NCBI GenBank assembly: GCA_963717465.1
Contig: OY970340.1
Coordinates: 2,304,001 to 2,368,000 of the forward strand
Direction: 5' to 3'
Source: Candidatus Bathyarchaeota archaeon
GTDB taxonomy: Archaea > Thermoproteota > Bathyarchaeia > Bathyarchaeales > Bathycorpusculaceae
Length of the DNA stretch: 64,000 nt
Program-made: the position numbers and the translations under genes
Shown: positions 63,035 through 64,000 of the stretch, in pieces
Layout: each line of letters begins with the position of its first letter
Position numbering within the stretch: the first letter of the stretch is position 1
The notes under the pieces: generated by a model
Database searches by the model: none
Seen by the model: the letters and a program-made list of their open reading frames with translations, nothing else
What the model was told of the DNA's origin: nothing

Positions 63035-63610
63035 CTATCCTTGAGCTTTTTGCAACTTATTCGATTCTTTAAGAGCCACTTTTCTCTTAATTGCTCGCCT
63101 CATTTTTTGAAGCGTTTTTATCATTTGATTGATTTCTAAGTCTTTTTCTTTAAGAACTTCTATTGAATCTTCGGGCTTGCCAATTCTCGACTCAAGCAAC
63201 ATTGCGAAAAGTTTTGGCGTTCTCAGCGTTTCATTTGGCTGTATGCTTACGTTTAAGACACCAGTGAGGTATTCCTTGAACAAGTTATGCATACTACTAG
63301 CCAACTGGCTCTCCTTAGTTAAAGCCTTATCAAGAATAATTATGCCTGAAGTGGTTATTCTGTATATCTTTCGCTTTCTTCGCTTTTGAGTTTCCCATTC
63401 ACCATGAACATATTTCAAGTCTTCCAAGTCTTGAAGTATTCGGTATACGCCGCCGCTTGTGAATCTAAGTAAGCCCTTAGTTTTCTCTTTGACTTCTTTC
63501 ATTATTTCGTAGCCGTGGTAAGGTTTCTTGCTTAGCAAAGTAAGCACTATTAATCGTATGTATCCTTTCCGCATCTCTTTTAACCAGTTGAGAGTGGCGT
63601 CTTTTTCCAT
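63035..63610 (-). CDS. PadR-family transcriptional regulator (paralog of 52583-53176)
   Basis: WLKEMRKGYIR, YHGYEIMKE, GGVYRILQDLE and RKIYRIT motifs. Confidence 0.92.
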   Translation of the reverse strand: MEKDATLNWLKEMRKGYIRLIVLTLLSKKPYHGYEIMKEVKEKTKGLLRFTSGGVYRILQDLEDLKYVHGEWETQKRRKRKIYRITTSGIIILDKALTKESQLASSMHNLFKEYLTGVLNVSIQPNETLRTPKLFAMLLESRIGKPEDSIEVLKEKDLEINQMIKTLQKMRRAIKRKVALKESNKLQKAQG

Positions 63611-63767
63611 ATGCGCTTCCTCGATTGCTTATCTCATTGGTTACAAAGTAATATTTATATTCTATTGAAACATATGCCAGTGAAACATATACAAATGCAT
63701 ATACAAATGCATGATAAAGTAAGAAAACTAAAAACAGCATGCAAAATGTTAATGGCAGGTTTTAGTC

Positions 63768-64000
63768 ATGGTTCAGTATAAGTGGGTCGCACTTTCTGAC
63801 ACAACTCTTGGAACACTCATGGCTTCTATAACCATGACCACCGTATGATTGCTATGCCAGCAATATTTAATGGAGGCGCCGCATCTGAAATGAGGGCAAC
63901 AATACAGAACTGCGGTACCTTAATCAGTCAGGCAATGCTCTTTGCGATAATAATAATCTCTTTGAATGCAACTTTACCTACAAGCACTCGCATCAGCCAT
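63768..64000 (+). pseudogene. Internally deleted, frameshifted DHA2-type MFS transporter remnant
   Basis: MVQYKWVALSDTTLGTLMASI, a frameshift, then IAMPAIFNG joined to GAASEMRATIQNCG, which belongs late in such transporters. Confidence 0.7.

Noticed and set aside
63678..63712. ATATACAAATGC 12-bp tandem repeat
   Set aside because: Only two copies in AT-rich intergenic DNA; may be part of an operator but is not distinguishable from slippage.

Overview
Archaeal DNA, most consistent with Bathyarchaeia (TACK). Evidence: two TFBs, TFS, aIF-1/SUI1, a BHB-intron tRNA and the gene families present; the taxonomy is inferred, not database-checked. Left part: a RamA-type corrinoid reactivase, OsmC, EtfAB and an HdrD-like Fe-S oxidoreductase, then a block with SSB, ASCH, two TRAM proteins and a second TFB. 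Next come an integrase C-terminal remnant abutting tRNA-Gly(GCC) (33-nt intron at 29/30), the main TFB, SUI1 and tRNA-Asn. After that lie a non-pyrrolysine MttB-family methyltransferase with its corrinoid protein, and a decayed provirus-like stretch (~19.4-24 kb) with two divergent RHH genes and a ParB / ABC-ATPase / GNAT module. The middle and right are accessory: a duplicated MFS gene with an IS200 insertion, a 131-bp MITE, histidine kinases, ABC exporters with PadR regulators, stress proteins and a beta-helix protein. The window ends with two radical-SAM genes resembling archaeal tetraether-lipid modifying enzymes. Two tandem non-coding elements with a shared fold lie at 44.1-44.3 kb. Many genes carry single-base frameshifts, probably largely assembly errors. 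No CRISPR array or rRNA was seen. All family assignments come from motif recognition by eye.
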